DNA from: Octopus vulgaris
Taxonomy: Eukaryota
Assembly: GCA_951406725.2 (NCBI GenBank)
Contig: OX597816.1
Coordinates: 149,420,001 to 149,484,000 of the forward strand
DNA length: 64,000 bases
Reading direction: 5' to 3'
Position 1 is the stretch's first letter; every line of letters starts with the position of its first letter. The translations under genes were made by a program, and so were the position numbers. This document shows positions 12,341-25,077 of the stretch, in pieces. The notes under the pieces were generated by a model. The model had not been told where the DNA came from, did no database searches, and was given only the letters and a program-made list of their open reading frames with translations.

Positions 12341-13318
12341 CTAAAATAAATAAAGCAGACTCTGATCGAAGTAAATAACCAAAATTTTGCCAATAATCGA
12401 TGGTGCATGCAACCCATATACATGTAATATAAATATCATTATAACTCGTCTTGTATATATTATTACACTGTTGGAGCGAAACAGAATATACAAATTTTAT
12501 ATAATATGTGTTCAGTGCATATATTTTCTATTGCCAATATAAACGAATTTTCGTAATTATATGAACAATTTCTATGCACTAAAACATAGTTGCAATACAT
12601 ATATCAAAGACTGTACATTTACATTTTTGTATGGCATCATGCATTCATTACTGAATATAATTTAATACGTTGCTCCATTCAGTCATTTTTATGAATGTGG
12701 TTAGGGCTGCTCCGGATGTGCCTGTGCACCCTTTCTTCTTTATGGCATTTTTATGCCCTCTTTTCTTTTTCATCTTGTGTTTTATCTTGTGTACTATGCA
12801 TGCACTTTTCGCAGCCATTAACTACTTTTCTTTACTTGACTTATTGCTGCTTTCTACCCCCCCCCCCCCCACACTTATCCTTTTCCGACGATTTGTAGTC
12901 CGCCTGAGTGCCGTATACAATAAGCTGATTATTATATTATAAATATGATGATGTAGATTTTTTATTCTAACATTTCTAATACAGAAGCTGTTTCGAATTA
13001 AATTTCCTTGGCTATCATTTCTTTGTATGCACCACCTGAAAAGTTATAGATAATAAATATCGTTGTGTATTTTCGACTCTTAAAGTAATATTTAACACAT
13101 TCGAATATACTCAGACGTGGGAAGACCTTTCACTGCGGAAATAGTCTCGGAAGAAAATTCTACTTGACATGTGTTAAAACTCATTAGAGTATGAATGACG
13201 TCACTGGATCATGGGACCCATGCATTTCTGCGTCATATCGCATCGTCAGCAATGAACACCAGATCTGTCCTTCACAGCCTCATAAGAACAAATTCATTCT
13301 TACATTAGAACAATATAT

Positions 13319-13531
13319 AAGGCGGCGAACCGGCAGAATCGTTACCACGCCGGGCAAAATGCTTTGCAGCATTTCGTCCGTCTTCACGTTCTGAGTTCAA
13401 ATTCGGCCGCGGCCGACTTTGCCTTTCATCCTTTCGGGTTCGATAAAATAAGAACCAGTTGAGTACTGGGAGGTGATGTAATTAACTTACCCCTTCGCCC
13501 AAAATTGCTGTCCTTGTACCAAAATTTGAAA
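13319..13531 (+). mobile_element. Well-preserved tRNA-derived SINE (family A)
   Basis: aaggcggcgaaccggcagaatcgtta..ctgagttcaaattc..gcctttcatcctttcgggttcgataaaa..ccttgtaccaaaatttgaaac. Further copies at about 14460, 19030, 23260, 30430-30650, 34030-34380, 41160-41312 and 60090-60480. Confidence 0.85.
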
Positions 13532-14549
13532 CTAATATTAGAACAGAATACGATAAGTTTGCTGATGTGCGTAAATCGGGGTCAGCTTAGAGTTAAATGA
13601 GTCACAGCGTTGAATAAAATACATTCGTGTAAAGTCATATTTAACATGTTTGAGTACATTCGGGCGTAGAAAGACCTTCATATATATTTCTCACAATTTC
13701 CATCTACCAGTCACAACACTTTGGACTACTCGTGGATCTCTAGCAGAAGATACTTGCCTAGCGTTCTGCACTATGGAACCTTGTTGTTCTAAAGCGAACT
13801 TCGTTGTATATCAATACCTACACCCAGTCTGGAAGATGTGAGATAAAATATCGAATTTCCATCTTGTGTGAAAGTGGCTGACATTCAATCCCCGCTGTCA
13901 AAAGATATGTTATCTCTTATTTCCCGGTGAATGGCTTCTTTACTAATTCTAGGTGAAGCTAGATTTAGAAGAGAGATGTCCACAATTTTGAGCTTTATCT
14001 CCGTGCAAAAGGTAAATATACTATACTCAGTTGTATCTTATCCTACTGTATGCAACCACCATCACCGCCGCCGTTGCCCCCCCCCCCCACCTCACCGTTA
14101 TCATCATCATCAACAACAACTTAATTTATTGCTATCATTGTCAACAATGGTATGCAGTATACACTCTTGTGGGTTGCAGAAGTGAGCCTTTATTTAAGTG
14201 CCTTCTGAAGTTGTTTTTTGACACTCAATGTGTAAATCTCAGCCCACTCTCACCTCCTCTACTCGGAATGTACAGTCATTGAATATCAGATTTATTGTGT
14301 ATCGTATGATTTTTGAAAAAATTCCTACCATTACTTTCTCGAAAGTCTAGTTTTGTTACATTCTAAATTCTTGTGCTGCGGTTGATCCTGCAATCACGTT
14401 AATGACGTGAATATTTTTGCTTTCTGAAGTAGTTTTTCGAGTTCGTTTTTTTTTTTTTTTTTGGAGGAGGGGGAAAGTCAATTACATCGACCTCAGTGCT
14501 TGGCTGGTACTTTATTTTACCGACTCTGAAAGGATGAAAAGCAAAGTCT

Positions 14550-15030
14550 TTCTTAGAATTCTTGCAGAATATAGTGATACTTTTTTGTAGATCGACAATG
14601 TCAGTCGCAATTCCAATATCTTTCGGATAGCATTTGGGGTGTTGTGCCTAATGCACCAATTACCACAGGAATAATTGTTGCCTTAGTCTTTCACAGTCTA
14701 TTCAGCTCTCTAGTTAGATCCAGATATTTCTGAATTCTATCAATTTATTTACTCTGTTATTATAGGGAATTACAAAGTCTATGCTCTTACGCTATTTATT
14801 TTGTCCTCTATAATAATATATCTGGTCTTACTTCAAAAGTATGGTCAGTCTTTATGAAGAAGTTCCATAATATCCTGTAATTCTCATTCTCTGTTACATC
14901 CTCTGGTTCGTGCTCATGCCACTTTCCTATTGTTTCGAGGCCACTCACTCGGCTAACATTTCAATGTACTTTTTTACCTACACACTCAAACCCGCGTTTA
15001 TATTCTTTTTGTGCAAGCTGACTGCGCACA
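14550..15030 (-). mobile_element. R4/Dong-clade LINE fragment (RLE domain)
   Basis: WHEHEPEDVTENENYRILWNFFIKTD..RPDI..KYLDL..IIPVVIGALG..ARILRK on the - strand. Confidence 0.8.
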
Positions 15031-15254
15031 TTCAAGAGCGGATTGATACTTTCTTCTCTTTTCCTTCAGATTCTACATTTGTTGAGGTTTCTTCTTCTTC
15101 TTCTTCTTCTTCTTCTTCTTCTTCTTCTTCTTCTTCTTCTTCTTCTTCTTCTTCTTCTTTCTTTCTTTCTTTCTTTTTTAATCGACTTCCTCCACCCCTC
15201 AAAAACTGCTGGCTCTGTGCCAAATTTTGAAGCATTGTGTTGTTGTTATCATCA

Positions 15255-15255
<1 letters not shown>

Positions 15256-15292
<37 letters not shown>

Positions 15293-16470
15293 TACTTTTA
15301 ATCTGCATGTTTGTTACAATCACTTGCCGAGACACACCCAGCGTCCTAGGGTGAGTGAAGGGTAAAAGACGTTACAGTATGGTGGAAAGCTTGGGGAAGG
15401 GAAGTGGAAGGGGCAGGAGCGAAATATCTTCAGGATGTGGGCAGTGTTTGTCAGCACAATCTTTTGGATTTCTCTGAGACATGGTTTTCCTGGGATCTTA
15501 TCTAGATGGGGTTTTTTAAATCATACCTAGGGCACCTACAATAGCGAGAACAGTTCTCGTATAAGATGTCACATCTTTTGTATTTCAATTTCCAGGTCCT
15601 TATATTTACTTAATTTGTCAAATTCCTTTACAGATATATTTTTATCGGTACTTACATCTATTAGTCTACAAGTATTTTCTTCCCCGTCTTTAATAATTAC
15701 AGTCTGGTTGATTAGCATGGATCGTTCTGTTGGTGTTGACTGGAAAATCCTAGAGGATAGTGACATTTTTACCTTCAACGACTGGTTCTGGATGATGTTT
15801 ATACCAGTAAGCAGAAGTGCCGATTTTGTAGTGTTTACATATTTTCCAATGTAAATAATGTCCTACCCTATCGAGGCGATTTTTGTATTCGCTTGGTGTC
15901 AGCACAGGACAACCAGAAACGAGATGGTCTATTGTTTCATCAAATATGTCGCAGAATCTGCATTTAGGGTTAGAACTATTTTGGAGAACAGCCTGGCAGT
16001 TTTTGGTAAGCAAGATTTAAACTTTTGCCACCAATATGAAACTTTCAGTCTTTGCTCTCAGTTCTGAACTTCTCAGCCATTGATGGGTTGTTGCTTGGTC
16101 TACATCAGCATTTCGACATCGAAGTATATATTGTCCATGAAGAGTCTCCTGTTTTCGCCGCTCCTCAATTTATTTCTGCTCGTACTTTTTTGGAGTCTGC
16201 TTGATCCGTTTTGCTTGTTTTGTGACAGTGGTTTCAGGTTCTTCATCTAATTCAGGGTTAATGCCAAGTTCCCTTGCTAATTTGCAAGCTTCCTTGACGA
16301 TAGAATGTGATTTTTTGCTGCTTTCATGTTTACACACAAACCGCAGTATCAAGTGCATTGTGCTAGATAAGTACCTGTTCATTGCTATTGTGGAGGTCTT
16401 ATAGCACAGTTCTACCTACATCATTCCTCTTCCCCCATTACTTCTAGGTAGGTACAGTCGATTAACGTCT
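15256..16470 (-). mobile_element. R4/Dong-clade LINE, 5'-truncated, with (TAA)n tail
   Basis: ORFs 15750-16013 (CRFCDIFDETIDHLVSGC CCHC knuckle, HWKICKHY) and 15569-15778 (CRLIDV..KLSKYKDLEIEIQKM); 3' UTR abuts (tta)n. Confidence 0.85.
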
Positions 16471-17091
16471 GCTTATTTTTATTATTATTTGTCCTTCGTA
16501 ACACAGTGTAGGTAAAAATGCACCGGAGTCTTTAATCATATGTCAAGTCACGACAAGGACCTCAGACAGATAATACTTTCCTTAAGATTTGCGCTGTGAC
16601 CAATAAGGCTGCTTTTTGTAAGACATCAATCTTGCATGGGATTTCCAGTTGCCTTAAGAAGTCTCGCATTCCATAGTCTTGCCATTTCCACTTTCAATTC
16701 GGATTTTTTCAACCTCTTTACTCACAACATTCATGTCATTTGGCATGGTTTCATCAATTATCTAACAGTATTTGTCTTTCTTATTCAATATGACAATATC
16801 CAGCCGACGGTGTTCAATTACACGATCCGTCTGAAAATCATAGTCCAAGCGTATCGTTACTTTTCCATCCTCCTGCATAACTTTACTTGGCATATGCTCA
16901 TACCAGTTCTCTGTTACTTCATATTGGTATTTACGACATAAGAGCCAATCAAAATACACACATACTTTATCGTGGCGGCGCTTGATTTCTTTTTGTGCAA
17001 GACTCTCATATCCACTTAACAAGTGGGTCACATTTTTCACCCTCTTTCCACAGAGTCTGCATTTCTAGGTGTCAGCAGTTTTATAGATATA

Positions 17092-18380
17092 CGAGGGGCG
17101 TTCAATAAGTAATGCCCCTGACCCACTTCCCATAGCAGTAGAGCAACGAAACTTGGCACAGTTATTAGTCTTTCTCTACATAGGAACCACCCAGAGTTAC
17201 GCATTTCTCCCATCGTTTGATGCAGCTCTGGAGACCGTATTTTTTAGAAGACCCAGCTTGGTCCTCCAACCACGACGTGACTTCAGAAATGAAGGCTGCA
17301 TCATCTGGGAAACACTTTCCTTTCAAAAACAACTTCATGGCTGGAAAGAGGTGAAAATCAGAGGGTGCAAGGTCAGGAGAGTAGGGGGATGGGGGAGGAG
17401 TTCATAGCCGCACGCCTGTGCTTCTGATCTAGCGACAAGCGAGTTGTGGACCGGAGCGTTGTCCTGCAGGAGGAGGATTTCTTTGCTGATCTTGCCCCGC
17501 CTCTTGATTTTGATAGTTTCTCTTAATTTCCTCAAAAGTGAAGCATAATAGGCTCCTGTGATTGTGGTACCCTTTGCCAGGAAATCTGTTATCAATACTC
17601 CGTCCTGGTCCCAGAAGACTGTGAGCATGACCTTGCCAGCGGAGGGCTGCACCCTTGCCTTCTTTGGAGGAGGTGAGTCACGGTGCTTCCACTGCATTGA
17701 CTGGGCTTTGGTCTCTGGATCATAGTGATGGACCCAGGTTTCATCCTGTGTAATCAGTCTTTTGAAAAATTTTGCCTCATCTTCTTGGCACATCCAAATT
17801 CATCCTCGAGCACTCGACGCGTTCTTGCTTCTGGAAAGGTGTGAGCAACCTGGGAATCCATCTGGCAGACACCTTTTGCATATGCAAATGGTCATGAATG
17901 ATAGTTTCCACAGACCCGGTACTAATCTTGAGCTTATGGGCTATTTGGCGAATAGTTATGCGTCGATCTTCCAAAATGGCAGCCTCAACTTGACGGACAG
18001 ATGCCTCATCAATTGCAGAAGGGGGCGACCAGATCTGGGAGCTGTTTCCACAAAGTTCCGACCATGTTTGAATTCACGATGCCAGCGTTTTACAAGGTCA
18101 TATGATGGGGCATCATTACCATAAGTTACTTTCATTTCATCAAAAGTCTCCCGTGGTGTGCGTCCTTTCAAATACAAAAACCAGATCACTGCTCGACACT
18201 CAACTGGCTCCATTTCACACTTGACTCAGTTCAAACACCTGTAAATCAGAAATCCCAATTAGTTCAGAGCTGTAATTTGCCACCTACTCTATAGAGAGAC
18301 AAATAATTGCACATTCAAAATTTCAGCTAGATCAAACAACTGCAAGTGGGTCAGGGGCATTACTTATTGAACGCCCCTCG
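17092..18380 (-). mobile_element. Full-length mariner (Tc1/mariner, DD34D-type) element, 1289 bp
   Basis: TIR cgaggggcgttcaataagtaatgcccctgacccactt at both ends; TA TSD at 17090-91 and 18381-82. Confidence 0.95.
17180..18213 (-). pseudogene. Mariner transposase, frameshifted (at least 3 frame changes)
   Basis: ORFs 17956-18213 (HTH), 17777-17974 (WIPRLL) and 17335-17793 (TQDETW, QDNAPVH, LLPHPP, followed by an out-of-frame SPDLAPSD). Confidence 0.92.
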
Positions 18381-19214
18381 TACTTCACTGACTTGCTAGC
18401 GAAAGCCTGGTTTTGTGCAGCAATGATCAGGATTTCGGTGGTATGCTTTAAATCACCTCGCTCAAGCCATGCCCACGATGCTGTATTATCCTTAACGTCC
18501 TGTGTATTCCTTTCAAACCGTCTATGCATTCTCATTTCAAGAAGGTCTTCTTTTTCCTTCTCCTCAGCTCTTTGGTTAAACTCTTCCTTGCCCATTATTT
18601 CATCGGTATTTACATTCATATCTTTCGCGGCATATTGCAGCAGGTCTTCATCACTATGAAATATTCGGCAAGCATTCTCCTTTCACACCTTATACAATGG
18701 TCTATACTAATTAGTTCTCTGCCACCATTCTTTCTCTTCATATACAGTCTGTTTACGTTTGCTTTAGGGTCTCAACTTTCTTGTCCTATCCAGTGTTGAT
18801 ATTTCCTCCTTAGTCCATTTGTGAGTGGACGCACTATATCTAGCCACCGCAACTGCCTAGATATTCATTGCGGTAATCAAATTTTTGGCATTCAGGTTGG
18901 ACTTCAACGCAATCTTCACCCTTTTTTGATACGCCTCGCTGATCACGACTTTCATTTCTCTGTGTAGAATGTCATCCAGCTCCCAGATCCTTCAGTATCT
19001 ATACCCACTACCGCCAGGTTCACCCATGGTCTCTTTGCCTTTCATTCTTTCGGGGTCGATATAATAAGTACTGGTTGATATAAGTACCAGTTGAGTACTG
19101 GGTCGATGTAATCGACTTTCCTCCTTCCCCGAAATTGCTGGCCATGTGCCAGAAATTGAAATCATCATTATCATCATCATCACCATCACCAGCTTCATGA
19201 GATAACATTTGCAC

Positions 19215-19430
19215 GAGATCAATAACAAAAACAACAACAGCTATAACAACGCCAACGGCAATGGTAAGGACAACCTTTTTAACAACATAAGTAACATGGA
19301 CAACAGCAATGACAAAAACAACAACAACAACAATAACAGCAGCTGCAGCAACAACAGCAACTGTAGTAGCAACAGTAATAACAACAGTGACAGCAAGAAC
19401 AACAATAGGAATAGTAACGAAAATGACAAA
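19215..19430. repeat. Degenerate (AAC/AGC)n low-complexity tract
   Basis: Direct reading; a similar tract lies at 6100-6340. Confidence 0.85.
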
Positions 19431-19629
19431 GTAAGTGGTGGGGCGACTCCATGGGCAGGAAATCAGGTGAAACAGCCTGTGAAAGTGAAAAGGAGGAGAG
19501 CACAAATTGTTGACCCAGACATCGCTGTGTATCGGATAAAACCCAACCCTTAGAAGCAGCAACACATTCCCTAGAGGAAAGAGCTCTCAAAGGAAAATGG
19601 GCAGCTTATAGATCATGTGACCAGAGCAA

Positions 19630-20830
19630 GGTGGTTCGGGAGCTGAAGCCCCTCTTCAATAACGGAGACCAAATGCTGCTAGGTTTGAATCTGAACGCCA
19701 TCGGCGATTTTCAGATGTTCGCATTTCTTACTCTGCCCAGAATGGAAAAGGTAGTGTTAATATTGTTTCGAAAAAGCGAGATATGTCGACCTTTTTGGAG
19801 CCAGAGGGTAAGTTGGTGATTCTGGACGTTGAACAGTAACGAATGATTAGTTACTGTGTATGACCCGACTGGGGGTGAGACGGCCGGCATTAGGAGGTTT
19901 TCCTGGAAACGTCCCGTTCCTTAGAGCTAGTGAACAACTGGAACGACATATTGGCTGCACATCTAAATTGTGTGGGAACTGACTGGGGTGTTAAAGCCTC
20001 GCAAATCTGTTCAGTTGTTTCCAAACTGGCTGACAGATATCGACTGGATTTCCCGGATGCACTAAAATGGACATGAGCAAACATTATCGGATCAACCATC
20101 GTATCTAGATAGAATATTTTGTAGGCCAGAGAATTCTAGAGTAGAGGAAGAACTAATTAGTAACTTAGAAGAGGCGTTTAGGAAAAGCAATTCGGTTGAC
20201 ATGTTGACGGCAAGATTGGCCCTGATCGAATCTTCAACTCTAAGCACTAAGATTACATTGTTAGTGTCCGAGCTAGGATGCATGCTCTAAGGCACGAGGG
20301 AACAAAAGCTGTTCAATGGCAGAGACGTAACGTGGCAACAAAACTACAATTCGGTTTCAAGCAAATGTGTGCAGGTTTCTTATACCACTTCATTCAACTG
20401 TTTGGTGTGTATGGTAGATCAGAGATGGTGGTGAACTTTACCGCATACCTCAACATTTTACTGCAGCTTGTGGATAAGGATGCAGAATTCTGCGAAAGGT
20501 CGATAACAGCTGACAAAACACGGGAAATGATGGCTGTCTGCACGAGAGAGAAGTCGCCGAAGCTGGGTGGTCAGCCCTACAAACTATATCTTCATATGCC
20601 AGACTTGTTTGGAGGCCACTACAACTGGTAAAAAAAAAAAAAACGGAAGAATTCCCAGTCCTGCAAATGGCTGTGGTGGTGCTGCTGAGAGAGGACCGAA
20701 CAAGGGAGATGATTTTAACAACTTCAGGCCCGAAACTTTGCTAAATGTAGAGCTGAAGATTTTAGCTAAAGCGTTTGCCAAGAGGTTGGCGCTTATCGTC
20801 GATACTCTGGTAGGTGAGGCACGGAGCCGT
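19630..20830 (+). mobile_element. Highly decayed Tx1/L1-clade LINE ORF2 fragments (APE endonuclease and RT start)
   Basis: LVTVYDP, NWNDIL, WT*AN, YLDRIFC and NFRPETLLNVELKILAKAFAKRL (ORF 20567-20833). Confidence 0.75.
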
Positions 20831-22659
20831 TGAAAAGTAAGTTTCCTGATCATTGATACAACGCAGCACCCGTGGCACATTACAAACTACTGACTTCAAA
20901 TTTGTTGATTATTGATTTAATTACCTGCTCGACTACTAATGTAAGAATACATATGCATAAGCAATTCTTTAGTTTAGCAGAGTATTAATTTAGTATAATG
21001 CATGGAATAGTCATGCAACCCATTATCATTTACTTACTAGTTATTAATGAAAGATGAAATAGGCATCTTTAAGCAGGGATTTCATCTCCATAACGATAAG
21101 ACTTCAAGCTAGATATTTATATACATTTAAAGATAAAGCAACGACGACTGAGTCAGAAGCGCAATTAAATACCACAAATATATTTTGTCCGTTGCTTTCC
21201 CTATTCTGCAAATTCACCGCTCGGAAGTAGCTTAAACAAAAACACTATGTTACAAAAAGAAATAACAACAAACAGTATAGGTAAAAGGCCTTTCATCTGT
21301 ATTGTTTTGTTTTTCTTCCTCTCACGAAAGGCCTCGAAACGTTTGTCTCCGGTTATTCTCACGACACATTAACATAACTATGTTTTGTTAATCATTTTCA
21401 CATAACATTTCTATTGTCTTCTTTTCATTGCTCTCTGGGAACTGAAATCGCCGCATAGATGCAGTCATTAAATCGTTATTGCAGGTGTGATAAATGAAGA
21501 TTTACTCCATAATTAAAGACGATCTAATGAGAGTTGGTTGTTATATCTAGAAAGTTGAGCGTCTACAAAGAACCTTCCTTGTTAAAATACAGTTGCTTTG
21601 TTGTATACTTTTACGTACTGGAGGAATTTTATTTGAAAATCAAGCAAGCAATATGTTATATAATTATACACAGTTCTTAAGATCACAGCTATTTGCTATT
21701 CAGTAGCATGTAAATGTCTGTTAGATGTAGTACAAGGGAGATGACTCTATTAACAAATTTAATCGAACTTTTATTCCTTTCAGCAACTATCATAACTTCC
21801 ATCAATACTTTCAAGAAAATACCTATAAGTTATGTCACTACTGGTAACATAACTATTCTCAAAACTGCTGCTGCTACTACAACTACTACTACTACTACTT
21901 CTTCTTCTTCTTCTTCTTCTCCTTCTTCTTCGTCGTCGTCATTGCTATTATTACTATTACCACATGGAACGATGTACTTTTTGTACCCTATATTAATTGA
22001 AGTATTAAAGTTAAATGTTTTGGCCATGGAACCAAGGTAGTACTGGTGACAAAGTATGAACTCTCGACTATCTTCACTACTGGGTTTTAGACTATTGTTG
22101 AATCACTCCGAGGCTAGCTTTGATCAAGAAAATCTATGATCAAAGCTATTTTCACTGTAAGCATCTTGTATTTTTTTTTTGGCAGAGATTCTAAGATTAT
22201 GCAATGTGGACTATTTTAAGACAGTTGGTGTGATATGAGGGGTATTTGGTTGCTACTTTTACCAGTTCGAGTGGTCACGTACAGGTTGCCTCGATGGCTC
22301 GCTGTATAAGGATATGAGTGGAAGACATTGTCCTAAGAAGAGGCTGGATGTATATTTGACAAATGTTTCATCAATTAATGTAGCTTAGTTTAGATTATTT
22401 CATTGCGTGAAACCTTTTGTAAATAAATGTCCTGTTCAAGAGGAAAACCTGCTTCTCAACAACTGATGCAAAAAAAAAAAAAGAAGAAAAAAGATAATAA
22501 ACGAGTGAAACAATAATTATTACTCGTGTGGTGGTGGTGGTGGTTGGTCAATGTACTTACAAAATACATGTATACATATATACATGCATACGTACATACA
22601 TGCATATCTATACACACATACTTGCATATCTACCTACCTATCAACATACATACGCACGC

Positions 22660-22870
22660 ACAACTGCACAGTTGTGGAAATTAGCTGCCCAGCGGATGCT
22701 AACATAAACCTGAAGATCAATGAAAAAGAGAACACCTATGCTGAACTATTGAGAAATCTGCAGTTACTCTATCCAGATAACAAGTTCAGGTTTATACTTG
22801 TAATTATTGGGGCCCTGGGATATGTAACACACTGCCTAAATACCAATCTTGAGAAATTTGGCTTCTCAAA
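22660..22870 (+). mobile_element. RLE-domain LINE fragment embedded in (ACAT)/(AC) microsatellite
   Basis: CTVVEISCPADAN..KENTYAELLRNLQLLYPDNKFRFILVIIGALGY (PD-(D/E)xK-type RLE); a near-identical copy lies at 48990-49150. Confidence 0.75.
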
Positions 22871-22879
22871 TCCATCCAT

Positions 22880-22915
<36 letters not shown>

Positions 22916-24651
22916 ACATACATACATACACACACACACACACACGCACGCACGTACACACACACACACACACACATACATACATACATACATACATACA
23001 TAACGTAAAGATCTAGAAGATGTAGTGCAAACAATAACAATAACAGGTATCAAAGCTACTTAATACTTTTTACAAAGAAAAATTCAGCTTTTCTCTAAAT
23101 ATTATAAAATAAATTAAATAGCCAACGTTTTAGCCTTGAATTTTTTCCGAAAGTCTTATAATTTTACCAGCTTTTACGAGTAGAAATAGTAGCATTGTAA
23201 AATACCGACATGAATTTAGTGCAAATCAGCTTGAAATAATCTATACCTGTATTGGAAAATGAGGTGAGCTGGTAGAGTTGTTAGAGAGTCAGAAAAAAAT
23301 TATCTGTAATATTTCTCTGTATCTTTACGGTCTGAGTTCAAATCCTGCCAATGTCGGCTTTGACTGTCATTCTTTTGGAATCGATAAAATAAAATGGCAG
23401 TATTTACATAGGTATCGACTACTACATAACCCCTCAAAACGGCTGATCTTGTACCAAATTAGAAACTAATATTTATGTTGGAAACATCATGCTAAAAAAT
23501 AGGTTGAAGTTTGGTGTTTCTAAGAGAAGTAATGCTGAAACTAATATTTTAAAGTGCTGTTAGGACTGTAACAGAACATGTTGAAAATCCTAATTCTTTA
23601 ATTTTGAAAACTAGTTATAAAAGAAGCGACAGACTACTCGATTTACAATTAATTCAACAAATAAAACATGGTAAGATTCATGGAAATAGTGTAGAATTTG
23701 TATTTAGTAACTCGTTCTGGCTTTACATACCTGACACTCCAATTTACTAGCCAACGAGAGAACCTCTATGTGGTTGCTCGACCTGCTAAAAATAGTAGCC
23801 AGATCTCTTTCAACTCATGTACTGTCTTTAAAAAAATGGGAAGGATACATTCAGTAATGTAATCCTATATACACTGAATATGAAAAAGATGAGATGATCA
23901 ATGATGGAATGCGTATGATCATTTGATCATACGCATGATTAAACCTTAACAACAACAATAATCAATTCAAGGTTAAAGCGTTATAACTTAGAAAGGTTTT
24001 GGCCAGTATCGGCCCAGGCCATGTCTAACTTAATAGCACCACTTAATTTTTTTTTTTAAGTAGAGAAAGGCTGAATTTCTCTTTGTAAAAAAACATTAAG
24101 CAGTATTGATGTATCTGTTATTGTTGCAGTTTAGCTCCAGGTCTCTGTGATGGTCAGATGAACTTCTGGTCAGCTATATTCATCATCTTTGAACGGATAT
24201 ATAGGATTACAGTATCTCATGTATATCTTTATATAATACGGAGGGGTATAATCAAAGGGATATTTAGCTACTATTTCTGGCAAGTCAAGCGTCGACATAA
24301 GAGGTGTCGTGATATTAAATGATAATGAACATAAATGATGGGAAACGAATAGTAATTTGAAAACCTTATACTTAACGTTAAAGAAGTTTTACTTCTCAGT
24401 TATCTCCCTTCACTTAAAGGTTTTCTATTTTATCGTTTTTTACATTTCTGGTTTCAAACGTCTCATTTTCCCACAACTTACTTCGAAAACATTTTTCACA
24501 TATAGAATTCAAAGAAAACATATTAACAAGTTATGGAATTTCTATAGTCTTTCTATTAGAATTTTAGTGACCCATCTGTATATAACATTTTATTTTTTAT
24601 TCATTATTTTTAATAAAAATCATCATCTTTTAAAATCACCAAAAGAAGGTT

Positions 24652-25077
24652 CGGATCTTTTCGGTTTGAGCGGCAGTTTTTTCTCGCAGTGTCATATGAA
24701 ATTGTCACCCATAATTATGACCCTAGTATCGATTTATTGCATTTCAATCTGTTTTAGGGTTAGGGTTAGGGGTGGTGGGAAGGGTATCTTTTTTTCTTCA
24801 GAAATGTAAATAAACCCAATCTGTTTCTTATACGAGGGACATATTCATACGGCACAGAATGTTTTTTTTTTTACCTCAATGGACGTCATTGATTGGTTGA
24901 AATTGCAGAAATTGAAGAAAAAAACAACAACAAATATCTTACAAACTATAGAATTTTCTCAATAAAGCCAAGAGAAAAAGATGTTTTATAAACACATTCT
25001 ACCAGTATACGAAGTTTAAAAGTGTTTAGTTACGTGGAAATTATTTTAAAAAACTACCTTTCAAACCGAAAAGATCC
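24652..25077. mobile_element. MITE with TIR ggatcttttcggtttga and internal (TTAGGG)3
   Basis: TIR present at both ends; reverse-orientation relative of 32284-32779. Confidence 0.85.

Larger units (their letters stand above)
16475..18990 (-). mobile_element. R4/Dong-clade LINE interrupted by a mariner
   Basis: ORF 18332-18619 (SWAWLERGDLKHTTEILIIAAQNQA) continues across the mariner into KCRLCGKRVKNVTHLLSG..RRHDKV..DFQTDRVIEHRRLDIV (16762-17040); ends AQILRKVLSV* followed by a TAA-type tail. Confidence 0.85.

Noticed and set aside
17335-17793. Domesticated SETMAR-like gene
   Set aside because: Bounded by intact TIRs and TA TSD, frameshifted, and no SET domain.
21318-21350. Hammerhead-like ctcacga-aaggcctc-gaaacgtt
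   Set aside because: Core G is missing and there is no convincing stem I; could be chance or too decayed.
24753-24772. Telomere or chromosome-fusion relic (TTAGGG)n
   Set aside because: Only about 3 units, lying inside a TIR-bounded MITE that recurs at 32284.
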